A stretch of DNA of 63,965 bases, filler included, from Octopus bimaculoides (lineage: Eukaryota), in NCBI RefSeq assembly GCF_001194135.2. It is 9 parts of 9 records of this genome, joined end to end, with 100 filler letters (N's around TTAATTAATTAA, not from the genome) between each part and the next. Parts side by side here need not be neighbours in the genome. Positions count along the whole stretch, not along the records: positions 1 to 6,678 come from NC_068999.1; positions 6,779 to 15,355 come from NC_068984.1; 7 more parts are not named here. One strand, given 5' to 3'. Under the pieces are notes generated by a model that searched no databases, was not told where the DNA came from, and saw nothing but the letters and a program-made list of their open reading frames with translations. Below, piece after piece: positions 1 through 12,109 of the stretch; within the stretch, counting starts at the first letter, position 1; each line of letters begins with the position of its first letter. Position numbers and translations under genes: made by a program.

Positions 1-31
<31 letters not shown>

Positions 32-234
32 CATGCAATCATACATATACATACGTATGTGTGTGTATGTGTGTGCACGTGCGCGTATATACATGTATAC
101 GTTCACATCACCATACATACATATACACTCCTACATACATACATACATACATAAATGCATACATACATACATGCATACATTCATACATACGTACGTACGT
201 ACGTACATACATACATACATACATACATACATAC
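1..234. repeat. (TA)n/(TACA)n microsatellite
   Basis: Directly visible. Confidence 0.95.
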
Positions 235-817
235 ACTCGGGTGAGATTTATTTTTAAGAGAAATAACATCTCAACGTGGAGCCTAAAATGTTTTATGAGG
301 GAGCTGGCAGAAAGGATGTCAAGGCTCCTTGGACTAAATGAACCTTGTAAACGGATCATTCTAGAAAACTCGTATTTTTGCGGAGGGTTTTGTATTGTAT
401 TCAGGATATAAAGATTATTATGAACGCTTCGATCTTTCATTTGAACGAAAATACAGACATTTGGTTTGAGTAACTTTGTCAGTTGGTTAAACAACAGGGA
501 ATGATTTCATTTACTAAAAAAACTTGCAATCATCGATCACTTCTGGAATTTGGGAAGGAAAATGAAGGAATCTGGGGTCACCAACTATCTTTTTGAAGAG
601 TGGCTTTTCTCCTTTGGTTTTTAGTTCAACAGTTGGAAAATATTGTCAGTGAAACCATATTGCATTTGAGGTATTATACATATTCTAAAGTAATGTCCCC
701 TGTATCCAGTTACACCCGATCATTTGTGTGGGACTGCAAAACGTTATCTTCCCACAAACACACACTACCACCACCGCCACCACCACCACCGAATACGTCA
801 TCATTATTGCAGCCAAT

Positions 818-1020
818 AAGGAGACGAGCTGGCAGAAACGTTAGCACGTCGGACAATGTGCTTTGCCGCGTTTCCTCCAGGTTTACGTTCTGCCGAGGTC
901 GATTTTGCCCTTCGTCTTTCCGGGATCAATAAAATAAGTACCAGTAGAGCTCCGAGATCGTTGTGATCGGCCAGCCCCACTCTCTCATAATTTCAGCCCT
1001 TGTACATTTAGTACAAAAGA
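818..1020 (+). mobile_element. tRNA-derived SINE, family B (my label)
   Basis: gagctggcagaaacgttagcacg..ttacgttctgccgaggtcga..ttttgccc..ataaaataagtaccag. About 10 related copies in the window. Confidence 0.75.
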
Positions 1021-2400
1021 TTGTTATAGCCATTGAACAGTAACATTTAGATCCTGCTACTTACGAAAAATATTTGCTGAAGCAATGTGGAAGCCACAAT
1101 TTCTTTACCACAGTTATGGAATAAAATGTATCAAATTTACAACTGGCAATATTCACTAGGCAACATCTGAACCGACCAATGAATAAGCAACAAAATCGTC
1201 ATTTTATTTTCTGTGTGCTTTGTGTTTAGATGTCCTGAAAACTAAGGTATTAACCAGGAAGTTGTCTGTTCTTGAGTCGCTACTAAAAGTGATTTAAGTC
1301 TTTGTTCTTTCGAAATATCAACTAGACCTTTCCTTATGTATCTTGGTTTATATCTGTTTATGTTGTTAGCAATAGCTATACCGTCATATTTCTGAAGAGG
1401 TCACAGGTTAGAGACGAAAGGTTTCCAGACAATGGACATAAAATAAGAACAATAATACACAGGTGGAGAAGGAATGTATAGTGCGTGTGTTTATTTGGCA
1501 AGAGAAAACAAATGACCGTACCGAAATACAACAATCTATATATATATATATACTGATGTGTCTGGGGAGAGTCATTTTCTTTTTGTGCCTTATAATTTAA
1601 CACACTCACCGGTAAAGTTTCCACTGATTTACTTATTTATTTTTCTAAAATTTTCGTTGCGTCGGTTTATATCTACATTTTTCTATTTGTCTGTCTGTNN
1701 NNNNNNNNNNNNNNNNNNNNNNNNNNNNNNNNNNNNNNNNNNNNNNNNNNNNNNNNNNNNNNNNNNNNNNNNNNNNNNNNNNNNNNNNNNNNNNNNNNNN
1801 NNNNNNNNNNNNNNNNNNNNNNNNNNNNNNNNNNNNNNNNNNNNNNNNNNNNNNNNNNNNNNNNNNNNNNNNNNNNNNNNNNNNNNNNNNNNNNNNNNNN
1901 NNNNNNNNNNNNNNNNNNNNNNNNNNNNNNNNNNNNNNNNNNNNNNNNNNNNNNNNNNNNNNNNNNNNNNNNNNNNNNNNNNNNNNNNNNNNNNNNNNNN
2001 NNNNNNNNNNNNNNNNNNNNNNNNNNNNNNNNNNNNNNNNNNNNNNNNNNNNNNNNNNNNNNNNNNNNNNNNNNNNNNNNNNNNNNNNNNNNNNNNNNNN
2101 NNNNNNNNNNNNNNNNNNNNNNNNNNNNNNNNNNNNNNNNNNNNNNNNNNNNNNNNNNNNNNNNNNNNNNNNNNNNNNNNNNNNNNNNNNNNNNNNNNNN
2201 NNNNNNNNNNNNNNNNNNNNNNNNNNNNNNNNNNNNNNNNNNNNNNNNNNNNNNNNNNNNNNNNNNNNNNNNNNNNNNNNNNNNNNNNNNNNNNNNNNNN
2301 NNNNNNNNNNNNNNNNNNNNNNNNNNNNNNNNNNNNNNNNNNNNNNNNNNNNNNTGTCACATGTGGAGAATTTCAAATCAAGATTATTATTGTTATCGGT

Positions 2401-2401
<1 letters not shown>

Positions 2402-2460
<59 letters not shown>

Positions 2461-2624
2461 GCTGTTGTTGTTGTTGTTTTTGTTGTTGTTGTTTACAAAT
2501 TTTTCTGGATTAAAATTTCAAATTGATAAAAATACCATCGTCGTGGCCGTCATTCGTCGTCGTCGTCACAACAATCACCACTATCGCTTCCATCTTAAAC
2601 GTCAGCATTATCATCACTACCACT

Positions 2625-2685
<61 letters not shown>

Positions 2686-2890
2686 CCACCACCACCATTC
2701 TCATCATCTTCATCGTCGGCTTCGTCGTCGTCATCGTCGTCATTATCGTCGTCATCGTCATCATCATCTTCATCATCTTCGTAGCTGTAATCACTGTCAT
2801 CAACATTGTCGTCATCGTGTTCGTCGTCGTCGTTGTCGTCGTCGTCATCGTTGACTTTGTTGTCCTCGTCATTGCCATCATCATCGTCAT
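2402..2890. repeat. Compound trinucleotide microsatellite (GTT)n, (ATC)n, (GTC)n
   Basis: Directly visible; source of the poly-V/L/H/M ORFs. Confidence 0.95.
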
Positions 2891-3108
2891 CATGTCTGTC
2901 TCAATCGGTCTGTCTGTGTGTCTGTTCACCCCCACCCCCACCCCACCCTTTCACTCTTTCTCTTTCATTGGCTAATTGTCCTTTGAGCTGTTGTCTTTGA
3001 GGTCCACTTGTCATCATCTCACTCCCCGTTTTCCCAANNNNNNNNNNAATTCACTATTTTAAACTGCGACCCCTATAACAATCAAAATGGCAATAAAACC
3101 TCCACCTT

Positions 3109-3496
3109 AAGGCGGAAAGCTAACAAAAACGTTAGCTCACCGGGCGAAATACTTAGCGGTATTTCGTCTGCCGTTACGTTCTGAGTTCAAATTCCACCGT
3201 GGTCGACTTTGCCTTTCATCCTTTCGGGGTCGATAAATTAAGTACCAGCTACGCACTGGGGTCAATGTAATTGACTTAATCCCCTTGTCTGTCCTTGTTT
3301 GGCCCCTCTATGTTTAGTCCCTTGTGGGCAATAAACAAATATGAAATGTTAGCTCGCCGAGCGAAATGCTTAGCGGTATTTCGTCTGTCTTTACGTTCTG
3401 AGTTCAAATTCCACCGTGGTCGACTTTGCTTTTCATCCTTTCGACTGGCCCCTTCCTCCGAAATTTCGGGCCTTGTGCCTAGAGTAGTAAAAGAAT
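3109..3496 (+). mobile_element. Two tandem SINE family B copies
   Basis: gttagctc..gcgaaat(a/g)cttagcggtatttcgtctg..gagttcaaattccaccgtggtcgactttgc occurs at both about 3130 and about 3350. Confidence 0.8.
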
Positions 3497-4621
3497 AAAA
3501 CTTCCACTTTCTAGAAATAGCAATCAAATCTTCCAGATGTCCACATCTTACAGCTTTTGAAATCAATGTGAGAGAGACAAAGAGACAGAAATACGGACAA
3601 AGAGAGAGCGAAAGATAGACTGACGGTCAAACACACACACACGGACAAGGAGAATATGAGAGAGGGANNNNNNNNNNNNNNNNNNNNNNNNNNNNNNNNN
3701 NNNNNNNNNNNNNNNNNNNNNNNNNNNNNNNNNNNNNNNNNNNNNNNNNNNNNNNNNNNNNNNNNNNNNNNNNNNNNNNNNNNNNNNNNNNNNNNNNNNN
3801 NNNNNNNNNNNNNNNNNNNNNNNNNNNNNNNNNNNNNNNNNNNNNNNNNNNNNNNNNNNNNNNNNNNNNNNNNNNNNNNNNNNNNNNNNNNNNNNNNNNN
3901 NNNNNNNNNNNNNNNNNNNNNNNNNNNNNNNNNNNNNNNNNNNNNNNNNNNNNNNNNNNNNNNNNNNNNNNNNNNNNNNNNNNNNNNNNNNNNNNNNNNN
4001 NNNNNNNNNNNNNNNNNNNNNNNNNNNNNNNNNNNNNNNNNNNNNNNNNNNNNNNNNNNNNNNNNNNNNNNNNNNNNNNNNNNNNNNNNNNNNNNNNNNN
4101 NNNNNNNNNNNNNNNNNNNNNNNNNNNNNNNNNNNNNNNNNNNNNNNNNNNNNNNNNNNNNNNNNNNNNNNNNNNNNNNNNNNNNNNNNNNNNNNNNNNN
4201 NNNNNNNNNNNNNNNNNNNNNNNNNNNNNNNNNNNNNNNNNNNNNNNNNNNNNNNNNNNNNNNNNNNNNNNNNNNNNNNNNNNNNNNNNNNNNNNNNNNN
4301 NNNNNNNNNNNNNNNNNNNNNNNNNNNNNNNNNNNNNNNNNNNNNNNNNNNNNNNNNNNNNNNNNNNNNNNNNNNNNNNNNNNNNNNNNNNNNNNNNNNN
4401 NNNNNNNNNNNNNNNNNNNNNNNNNNNNNNNNNNNNNNNNNNNNNNNNNNNNNNNNNNNNNNNNNNNNNNNNNNNNNNNNNNNNNNNNNNNNNNNNNNNN
4501 NNNNNNNNNNNNNNNNNNNNNNNNNNNNNNNNNNNNNNNNNNNNNNNNNNNNNNNNNNNNNNNNNNNNNNNNNNNNNNNNNNNNNNNNACACATATTCTT
4601 TCTCCCTCTCTCCCTCTAGTT

Positions 4622-4656
<35 letters not shown>

Positions 4657-4714
4657 CTATGGATTCCTCTCTCTCTTCTCACTTTCTTCCTCCCCCCCAC
4701 CGCCACTCTCTTCA

Positions 4715-4755
<41 letters not shown>

Positions 4756-5225
4756 AACGGTGCCAGTTGACCGATTATTTCTAACCTTGGCGACCATTAA
4801 ACACATACTAAACAAATAATGAACTCCACTCCGCTTTCCACCCTCCACCCACACTCCTTCGGCTAAACGACTCATTATAAAATGCTTAAATAATTAGTTT
4901 GTCTAATTAACAAAGAAACAAAGAGAGGAAGAGGAGGTGAAGAGCGGGGGAAGAGAGAGAGAGAGAGAGTAAGGGGTCGGGAACTATTTAGATCTCTCAG
5001 ACAGGAATATACATTTAGACATATATCTCTAAACGCCTACGTAAGTGTAGATGGATACATAGAGAAAGATGTGGGTGTGGAAAGATAAGCAGTCATTTTT
5101 ACGCCATATGCAAACACCAGAAATGAGGTTACAAGGATATCTGGAATATCTTTGCATCTACATCTGCACACACACGCACACACAAACGCTCACGATCGCG
5201 CAGTCGTGGTTTCTGTATTTGGATG

Positions 5226-5267
<42 letters not shown>

Positions 5268-5364
5268 NNNNNNNNNNNNNNNNNNNNNNNNNNNNNNNNN
5301 NNNNNNNNNNNNNACACACATTATTTCACTCCTTCTTTCTTTCTGCATTCCTTTCAGTGGAAGA

Positions 5365-5713
5365 GTTCCGGGTTCAGTCCCGCCGCGTGACACCTTGGGC
5401 AAGTGTCTTCTACTATAGCCTCGGGCCGACCAAAGCCTTGTGAGTGGATTTGGTAGAGGGAAACTGAAAGAATCCCGTCGTATATATGTATATATAGAAA
5501 TAAGTATGTGTGTGTGTATCTTTGTGTGTCTGTGTTTGTTCCCCAACATCGCTTGACAACCGATGCTGCTGTGTTAGCGGTTCGGCAAAACAGACCGATA
5601 GAATAAGTACTAGGCTTACAAAGAATTAGTCCTGGAGTCGATTTGCTCGGCTAAACGCTGTGCTCCAGCATGGCCGCAGTCAAATGACTGAAACAAGTAA
5701 AAGAGTAAAAGAG
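5365..5713 (+). mobile_element. SINE family A, 5'-truncated
   Basis: Begins at the B-box ggttcagtccc and ends in gagtaaaagag; aligns with 62399-62768. Confidence 0.85.
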
Positions 5714-5734
5714 AGGTATACACACCTACATGCG

Positions 5735-5766
<32 letters not shown>

Positions 5767-6678
5767 GACATATATATATACATATACGCACACACATTTA
5801 TAGGAGTTTATGCGTGTACACATACGTGCGTCCGCATGTGCGTGTGTATGCGTATCCTGGAGTGAGACTTGTTTCACAAGTGACACCATCTGAAGAGCTA
5901 TTTAAACAGAAACATAATATCGTGGAAATATCTTGATGGTTATTTAAAATAGACATCATATAGCTTTATGCCTTTGTATGGCCTTTTGTGTTAACGTTTG
6001 ACACTTGTGTGAATAGCAACAAAAATTTAAATGGAAGTAAATATACGGTTATAAATATGTATGAGGTTTAATTGGCACCTGTGCGTGTTTCGCGATATAA
6101 TTGCAGTATGTATATATACACATTTATTGGACAGGTGCAACAGCGGTTTCCGGAAGCTTTGGATCCAGGGACTTTCCAGACCACGAATGGCTACCATGCT
6201 CAACTCTTTCTAAATCAAACAAATATTAAATTTAATGATATAATCAAATGAAATACATGTACCTGTACATTAGTATATACGACACAAGTTTATGATTAAC
6301 ATACTGTACAGGTTACTAATCTGAGTAAAGTAGCGCTAAACTAGTTTGGCGGTCTTGAGAATTTCAAGTTCCCGCGCATAAATTCGTACGGATTGTAAGA
6401 GACTCCGGGCAATCACTGTCCGGAAAGTTAGTGTAGCATTTGTAAATATGTGATGGTGGGGAGTGGGGAAGTGAACAGGGGGATAAATAGATATAAATAT
6501 ATCAGTGTATATATTCTATTATTCTTAATTGGCAACAATTAAAACATGGCCATGGCCCGCGGTCCGAGAGTTTAGGTTTGATAAATGCCATACACGGAAC
6601 TGTCAACCTTTGAGCCGATTATAAACAATTATGTGTACCCGTGCGTATATATCTGTAGTTATATATATATATATATAT

Positions 6679-6778
6679 NNNNNNNNNNNNNNNNNNNNNN
6701 NNNNNNNNNNNNNNNNNNNNNNTTAATTAATTAANNNNNNNNNNNNNNNNNNNNNNNNNNNNNNNNNNNNNNNNNNNN
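6679..6778. other. Synthetic 100-bp scaffold spacer N44-TTAATTAATTAA-N44; the 12-mer also lies at 15400, 20705, 22949, 24780, 43112, 59483 and 62828
   Basis: Identical palindromic 12-mer with stops in all six frames, always centred in N runs; an assembly artefact. Confidence 0.95.
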
Positions 6779-7028
6779 TGGCTTGTGCGGGTGGCACATA
6801 AAAGACACCATTTCGAGCGTGGCCGTTTTCGTGCGGGTGACACGTAAAAGCACCCACTACACTCTCTGAGTGGTTGGCGTTAGGAAGGGCATCCAGCTGT
6901 AGAAACTCTGCCAAATCGGACTGGAGCCTGGTGTTGCCATCCGGTTTCACCAGTCCTCAGTCAAATCGTCCAACCCATGCTAGCATGGAAAGCGGACGTT
7001 AAACGATGATGATGATGATGATGATGAT
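6779..7028 (+). mobile_element. RTE-type 3' UTR and tail
   Basis: gagtggttggcgttaggaagggcatccagctgtagaaac...ccaacccatgctagcatggaaagcggacgttaaac(gat)n. Related tails lie at 16553 (-), 14385 (-), about 10040-10139 (+) and 62884 (+). Confidence 0.7.
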
Positions 7029-7094
7029 ATATATATATATATATTCTACTATACCTATCCCTGTAGACCAACAAACCAACAAGTGTGTCTTTCT

Positions 7095-7295
7095 CTATGT
7101 GATCTTCTGACTAGCTAGAAATAGCAGTTAAATCACACCCTGCTGTCTTAAAAGAGAAAAGACACATCAGACGACAATGTAGTTCTTGATGTACTGTGTC
7201 TGAAAAGAAGACTGGATACTTATGGCTGTAACACATTGGATCATAAGTTCATTAAATAAATGCTAACCTGGGCTAAACTGCAGCGATGACAATAA
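7095..7295. repeat. Interspersed repeat family D (unclassified); other copies near 10300-10460, 11975-12025, 26850-26895, 30420-30610, 32785-32920 and 46860-47040
   Basis: Recurrent block (g)ctagaaatagcagc/ttaaat..gtcttaaaa..ggtcat/cggctggaat..ctttgatcatagg..gggctaaac. Confidence 0.55.
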
Positions 7296-7746
7296 CTACA
7301 ACAAGAACACTGCTGTTGAATGGAAGTATTATCCCAGAAGGTCATGTCTGTAACGTGTATTCAATTCACTGTGGAGTCCTGTCTCTTAGCTTATTTCTCA
7401 TGCTTTTTGTTATGGCTGAGATGATTGACACCTTTCACAATGTCCTCTCCATAATACCTAGAATTAGGAGAAATACCTAGAATGTGGTACAAGCAAAACA
7501 AGTGGAGAGTGCTTCAGGAGAAATTTTTTTCTCATAAAATCATTCATTTGCATTACATATCCATAGCATTTTTGTCATCAGACCTGTATATACCAACCAA
7601 TATTTCTAATCTTTTATCTTGATTCAGACATTGGAGTGCAGCCATGCTGGGGCTTGAAGTATTTGGTCAAACAAACCAACCCCGTTTTTAGAAATAATAC
7701 ATTTTCTAAACCTCTCAGAGAGATTTATGCAGGAGTGATACGATGA

Positions 7747-8044
7747 AGTAGTTGTATGCTGTCAACTTAATGTGACAGTCCCCTGATGGGAATAATACTA
7801 CTCTTGGTTAGACCTAAGAAGCTGCACCACTTCCTGTTGGCCTTGACACATTTCCTATGTCCTTATGTTTACAAGGGGGAGACAAGCTTAGCTGGGTGGA
7901 GGTGCTTGTCTCCCCCTCGTAAACATAAGGACATAGGAAATGTGTCAAGGCCAACAGGAAGTGGTGCAGCTTCTTAGGTCTTACCAACAGTAGTATTATT
8001 CCCATCAGGGGACTGTCACATTAAGTTGACAGCATACAACTACT
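7747..8044. repeat. Near-perfect fold-back (inverted repeat), MITE-like
   Basis: Arms 7747-7887 and 7904-8044 are 141 bp each with 3 mismatches and a 16-nt loop. This also explains the mirror ORFs 7786-7977 (+) and 7814-8005 (-). Confidence 0.95.
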
Positions 8045-8109
8045 AAATCAATCCCCATACTCAATTTTTAAGTCCTACTTGATGTATATATATGTATATA
8101 CATACATCA

Positions 8110-8245
8110 ATCCTTGTCTACCAAATCCACTTACAAGGCTTTGGTCTGGAGCTATATCAGGAGACAGTTACCAAAGGTGTTCCACAGTGGAACTGAACCC
8201 AAAACTGAATGGTTGGGAAGCAAGCTTCTTAACCACACCTCTGCC
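8110..8245 (-). mobile_element. SINE family A, 5' half
   Basis: ctaccaaatccac..ccaaaggtgttccacagtggaactgaaccc..accacac. Confidence 0.7.
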
Positions 8246-8421
8246 TTATCTCAAATGTAAAACAGAAATCTTTAAAAATCCCATCAAACCATCAGAGATA
8301 CCTGCAGACAACAACTCATATAAATCATCTTTTGATTAGTAACATAGTTTGTTACTAACAAAGACTATGCTTGCACTTTACAAGATTTTTACCACTGACC
8401 TATCGGTTATTGACCCCTTGC

Positions 8422-8595
8422 CATTGTTTCCCAACATATGATCTTCAAAGATAACCAGAAGGGTTCTTGAGCTGAATTCAAAATTTGTTCAGTAGACAAA
8501 CCATTTAAAAGCTTGTTGGGGAAAGTGGGAGGCCTTCAGAAAATTTCTTTAAATAAAAGGGGGCTCTTGGTAGTGAAACGGTTGGAAACCATTGT
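8422..8595. mobile_element. Degenerate hAT-like MITE
   Basis: Termini cattgtttcccaac ... gttggaaaccattg are inverted at 11/14. The 8-bp flanks ccccttgc and tcctatgc match at 5/8. Confidence 0.4.
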
Positions 8596-8659
8596 CCTAT
8601 GCTTTTAGTGAATTAGACCATTGCATACTCAAGTTTATCCTTCATGACTACCTCTCCTC

Positions 8660-9040
8660 TGTGAAGGCGCAATGGCCAAGTGGTTGGGGGAGCAGACTCG
8701 CAGTTGTAGGATTGTGGTTTCGATTCTCAGACTGGACGTTGTAAGAGTTTATTGAGCGAAAACACCTAAAGCTCCACGAGGTTCTGGCAGGGGGTGGTGG
8801 CAAACCTTGCTGTACTCTTTCACCACAACTTTCTCTCACTCTTACTTCCTGTTTCTGTTGTGCCTATATTTCAAAGGGCCAACCTTGTCACACACTGTCA
8901 TGCTGAATTTCCCCAAGAACTATGTTAAGGGTACACGTGTCTGTGGAGTGCTCAGCCACTTGCACGTCAATTTCATGAGCAAGCTGTTCTGTTGATCAGA
9001 TCAACTGGAACCCTCATTGTCATAACCAACAGAGTGCCAC
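8660..9040 (+). mobile_element. tRNA-derived SINE, family C (my label)
   Basis: Head gaaggcgcaatggccaagtggtt (A box) and gtttcgattctc (B-box-like), followed by a GC-richer body. A related head lies at 51425-51530 (-). Confidence 0.6.
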
Positions 9041-9149
9041 GACCTCTCCTTTTTTTGTCACTCTTCTAGGTTCTTTACAAACCACTTTTTACCCAATATT
9101 TTTTCATTAGACAGTTGACCTGGAATTTCTCTACTTCTCATACTTTTGT

Positions 9150-9390
9150 TAGCCATGTTGTGAAGAAGGTTCAGTGTCTTCTACCATAGCCCATGACTTG
9201 TGAGTCAATTTGGTTGACACGTGTTGGTTTGTTTACATCCCAGTAACTCAACAGTTTGGCATAACACATTGATAGAATAAATATCAAGCTAAAAATAAGG
9301 CATGTACTGGGGTTAATTTGTTTCTTTAAACCCTTCAAGGTGGTGCCCATCATAGCCACTGTCTAATGGCTGAAACAAGTAAAAGATCGG
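9150..9390 (+). mobile_element. Degenerate SINE family A
   Basis: gtgtcttctaccatagc..tgtttacatcccagtaact..gatagaataa..ggctgaaacaagtaaaaga. Confidence 0.6.
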
Positions 9391-9604
9391 AAAATATCAA
9401 ATGAACTTCAATTATGTAAATCTCATTAGTCTTTGAGGGCTTGAAAAGGCCAGAGATACAAGTCCTTCCTCTTGGCTAAACAATGGAAAACAAGGAAACA
9501 AAACATAGTACCCTTTCCAACAGTAATTATGCTACCCAAGTAACAGAACTAATCTTATAATTTCATAACAGAATAATTAAAATAATCAATGACTAACAAG
9601 ATAG

Positions 9605-9718
9605 TAAGCTGGCAGAATCATTAGCACACGGGGCGAAATGCTTAGTGGTATTTTGTCTGCTGTTATGTTCTGAGTTAAAATTCTGCCGAGGTTGACTTTG
9701 CCTTTCATCCTTTTGGGG
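9605..9718 (+). mobile_element. SINE family B, 5' part
   Basis: agctggcagaatcattagcac..gttgactttgcctttcatcc. Confidence 0.75.
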
Positions 9719-9759
9719 CCACCCTTACAGCCAGGAACTTTTCAGCACCCCCTCATATA

Positions 9760-10139
9760 TAAGGCTGTGTTATTAAGAAGTTTGCTTCCCAACCACGTGG
9801 TCTTCAGTTCAGTTCCATTATCTTCAACTATAGCCCACGGCTGACAAAAACCTCGTGAGTGGATTTGGTAGACGGAAACTGAAGGAAACCCACCCTATGT
9901 GCATGTATGTGTTGTCCAGAGATCCAGTGATTGTTGTAAGCGAACATCATCGTCATACGAGCGAGCTTATTTGCTTCCAATTTTCCGTGAACAATGTGTC
10001 TGGTGAAGGGGGAATATTACCTTGTTTGGAAACAGGAGAAAGTTGATGACAGTAAGGACATCCCGCTATAGAAAATCTGCTTCAATAAATTCCGTTTGAA
10101 GCCATGCAAGCACGAAAAAGTAATTGTTAGATGGTGATG
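9760..10139 (+). mobile_element. SINE with family-A head and RTE-type 3' tail
   Basis: Head ggctgtgt..gcttcccaaccac..gttcagttcc and gtggatttggtagacggaaactg, then aaggacatcccgctatagaaaatctgc..ccatgcaagcacgaaaa..gatggtgatg. Confidence 0.6.
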
Positions 10140-10883
10140 TATTTATAGAAATGTTTCCAACTGACAGTCAGTCACAGCTGAAGGTACTTTATTTTATTTA
10201 TGCTTTTCAAGGAATGAACGTCATCCATTCAGCATAATTAAAGAAATCAATAAGTTGTGATTAACAAAGAAAAAAAGATTTATATACCGATATTGCTCAG
10301 AGATATTATTTCTTTTCCGCCAAATCGACCCCAAATACCACTCTACTGTCTTAAAATAAAAGAATACACTGACAAGTAAATAGATGGAATGGTCACAACT
10401 GGAATACCTTTGATAGAATAATCTATTGAAACGGGGCTGACTTAGGGTTAAACACCTAACTTTATCTAATATTCATTCTTTCTCTTTTTTTTTTTTTTGG
10501 AATAAGATAAAAACTATTTCTAAAAATAACTTAACAGAGTACTGTTATTTGTGTAAAGTTATTTTTAGTACAATTGTGATAATGTTGATTTCTCTCATCG
10601 CCGCTGGTTCCAATATTATTATAGAAAACGTGATTTTAAGTGATAAATTCTAGAGAGTATAAGGTTCATTTCCGTCTAAACGAGACATGGCACAGATGCG
10701 GACGGAGAGGCGATGCGGGTGACTGAGATAAAGAAGACTGGCAAATTATCAACACAATTATCTGTTGTTAAGTTATTCAGGTCAATTTTCGCTACATCTA
10801 CTTAATCTGGCAATCCTCCGCGCATCATCATAACGAAAAGCAGTCGACAGACATAAACAAACCGAAAGAAATCTGAACGCAAA

Positions 10884-11153
10884 ATGGTTGGCACTTATAC
10901 AGTTGCAGCTATATCAGGGAGTTGCGGATTTCTACTTGGAGGTACTCTTTATGGATATTATTTATGTTGTAAAGCACATAGGAAGAAAAATGTCTACGAA
11001 ACACCAAAGTTAGTCGACGAGTATATGTATCTTCATTACGGATCTCCTCAGGCTTCCACCCATGCTGACTGGTATAATAACTTTCAAATTAGAGATGGAT
11101 TCGATTTCCCTCTTCGATGTGCCATATTCTGTGATAAGTACTGCCCCAAAGAG
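10884..11153 (+). CDS. Exon 1 of a stand-alone SAM-dependent methyltransferase similar to the OvoA C-terminal (mercaptohistidine methyltransferase-like) domain, with an N-terminal signal-anchor
   Basis: ATG at 10884 follows an in-frame TAA at 10854. The 90 codons read MVGTYTVAAISGSCGFLLGGTLYGYYLCCKAHRKKNVYETPKLVDEYMYLHYG...FDFPLRCA...CPKE and end at a strong donor GAG|gtgagt (11154), phase 0. NVYET..LV.EY...HYG and FP..CA match my recollection of the start of the OvoA methyltransferase domain. Confidence 0.85.
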
Positions 11154-12109
11154 GTGAGTTCTCATCATCAATTGTATATAATTCCTGTATTATGTATTCT
11201 TTATTAGTAAACGTATTTTCATTTTCCTTCACTACTCAATCCTGTGTTCGACCGTCAGGTAACATTATATTTCATACTTAAAAGTTGTATCGATTTGTGC
11301 AGCTTCCTTCGTGTATTTATACATTTCCCCCCCTTTCCCTAGATTTCATTTAGGTTTTGTATGTATTTTCCTTTCCTTTAGCTGTCCCATCCGAAGTAAA
11401 ATATATATATCACTTGCACCCAAATGTCATACCTTAATTTCTTACACCTCAACGTGCCACGTTCCGGGTTCGCCTTCTTTTCTCATTAACCTTGAAAGAC
11501 TACCAACACTACTAGTTGAAGCTTCTATGTGGTCGCTTCGATCTTCTAGTATTAACAAGAAGGAAATAGTAAAATTCAAACCTATAAACAATATTCAGCA
11601 CACCTACATAAGTGCACTCCCACAACGACTTTATTTCCTCAAAATTTTCATGAAAATGGATATTTTTAAATGGAATTTTCTGCAAATACTTTTTCAAATA
11701 GATTCTGGTTATATCTGAATCTGTTGTGAAAAACTTTGTTTTGGCAAACGATTTAAAAAATGTCAGGAAAACTCAAACTAAAAAGCATGGAACAAAATTC
11801 AGGGCACCGACTTCGAATTTGTTACATTCTTCAGAAAATTAAAAACGTCGTAAAAGTTGCCCCATCTCAGCATGAAACGTCCTTAAATACTCCCCCAATC
11901 ACAACAAATCATGACACATTTCAGCTTGCAGGGTCTTATTGCTACAAAAATACTCTCCTAACACGCTACGAGGTAGCTTTCTAGAAATGACAGCCAAATC
12001 TCCCTCAAATCATACTCCACTATTGGCCGATGTAGTGTCCGATGTTAAATATGGTTGTTGACATCATAAGAAAGTATAAACTTCAAGAGAAGGTGAAATA
12101 ATTTTTTCG

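Noticed and set aside
2363-2975. His-rich, Leu-rich and Met-rich ORFs
   Set aside because: Translations of (GTT)n and (ATC)n tracts.
5885-5940. accat-CTGAAGA..GAAAC..atggt hammerhead-like arrangement
   Set aside because: Stem II and stem III do not pair and position 17 is G.
6930-6966. CTGAGGA...GAAAC on the minus strand of the RTE tail
   Set aside because: Only 5 nt between the boxes with no pairing, so no stem II; not a hammerhead.
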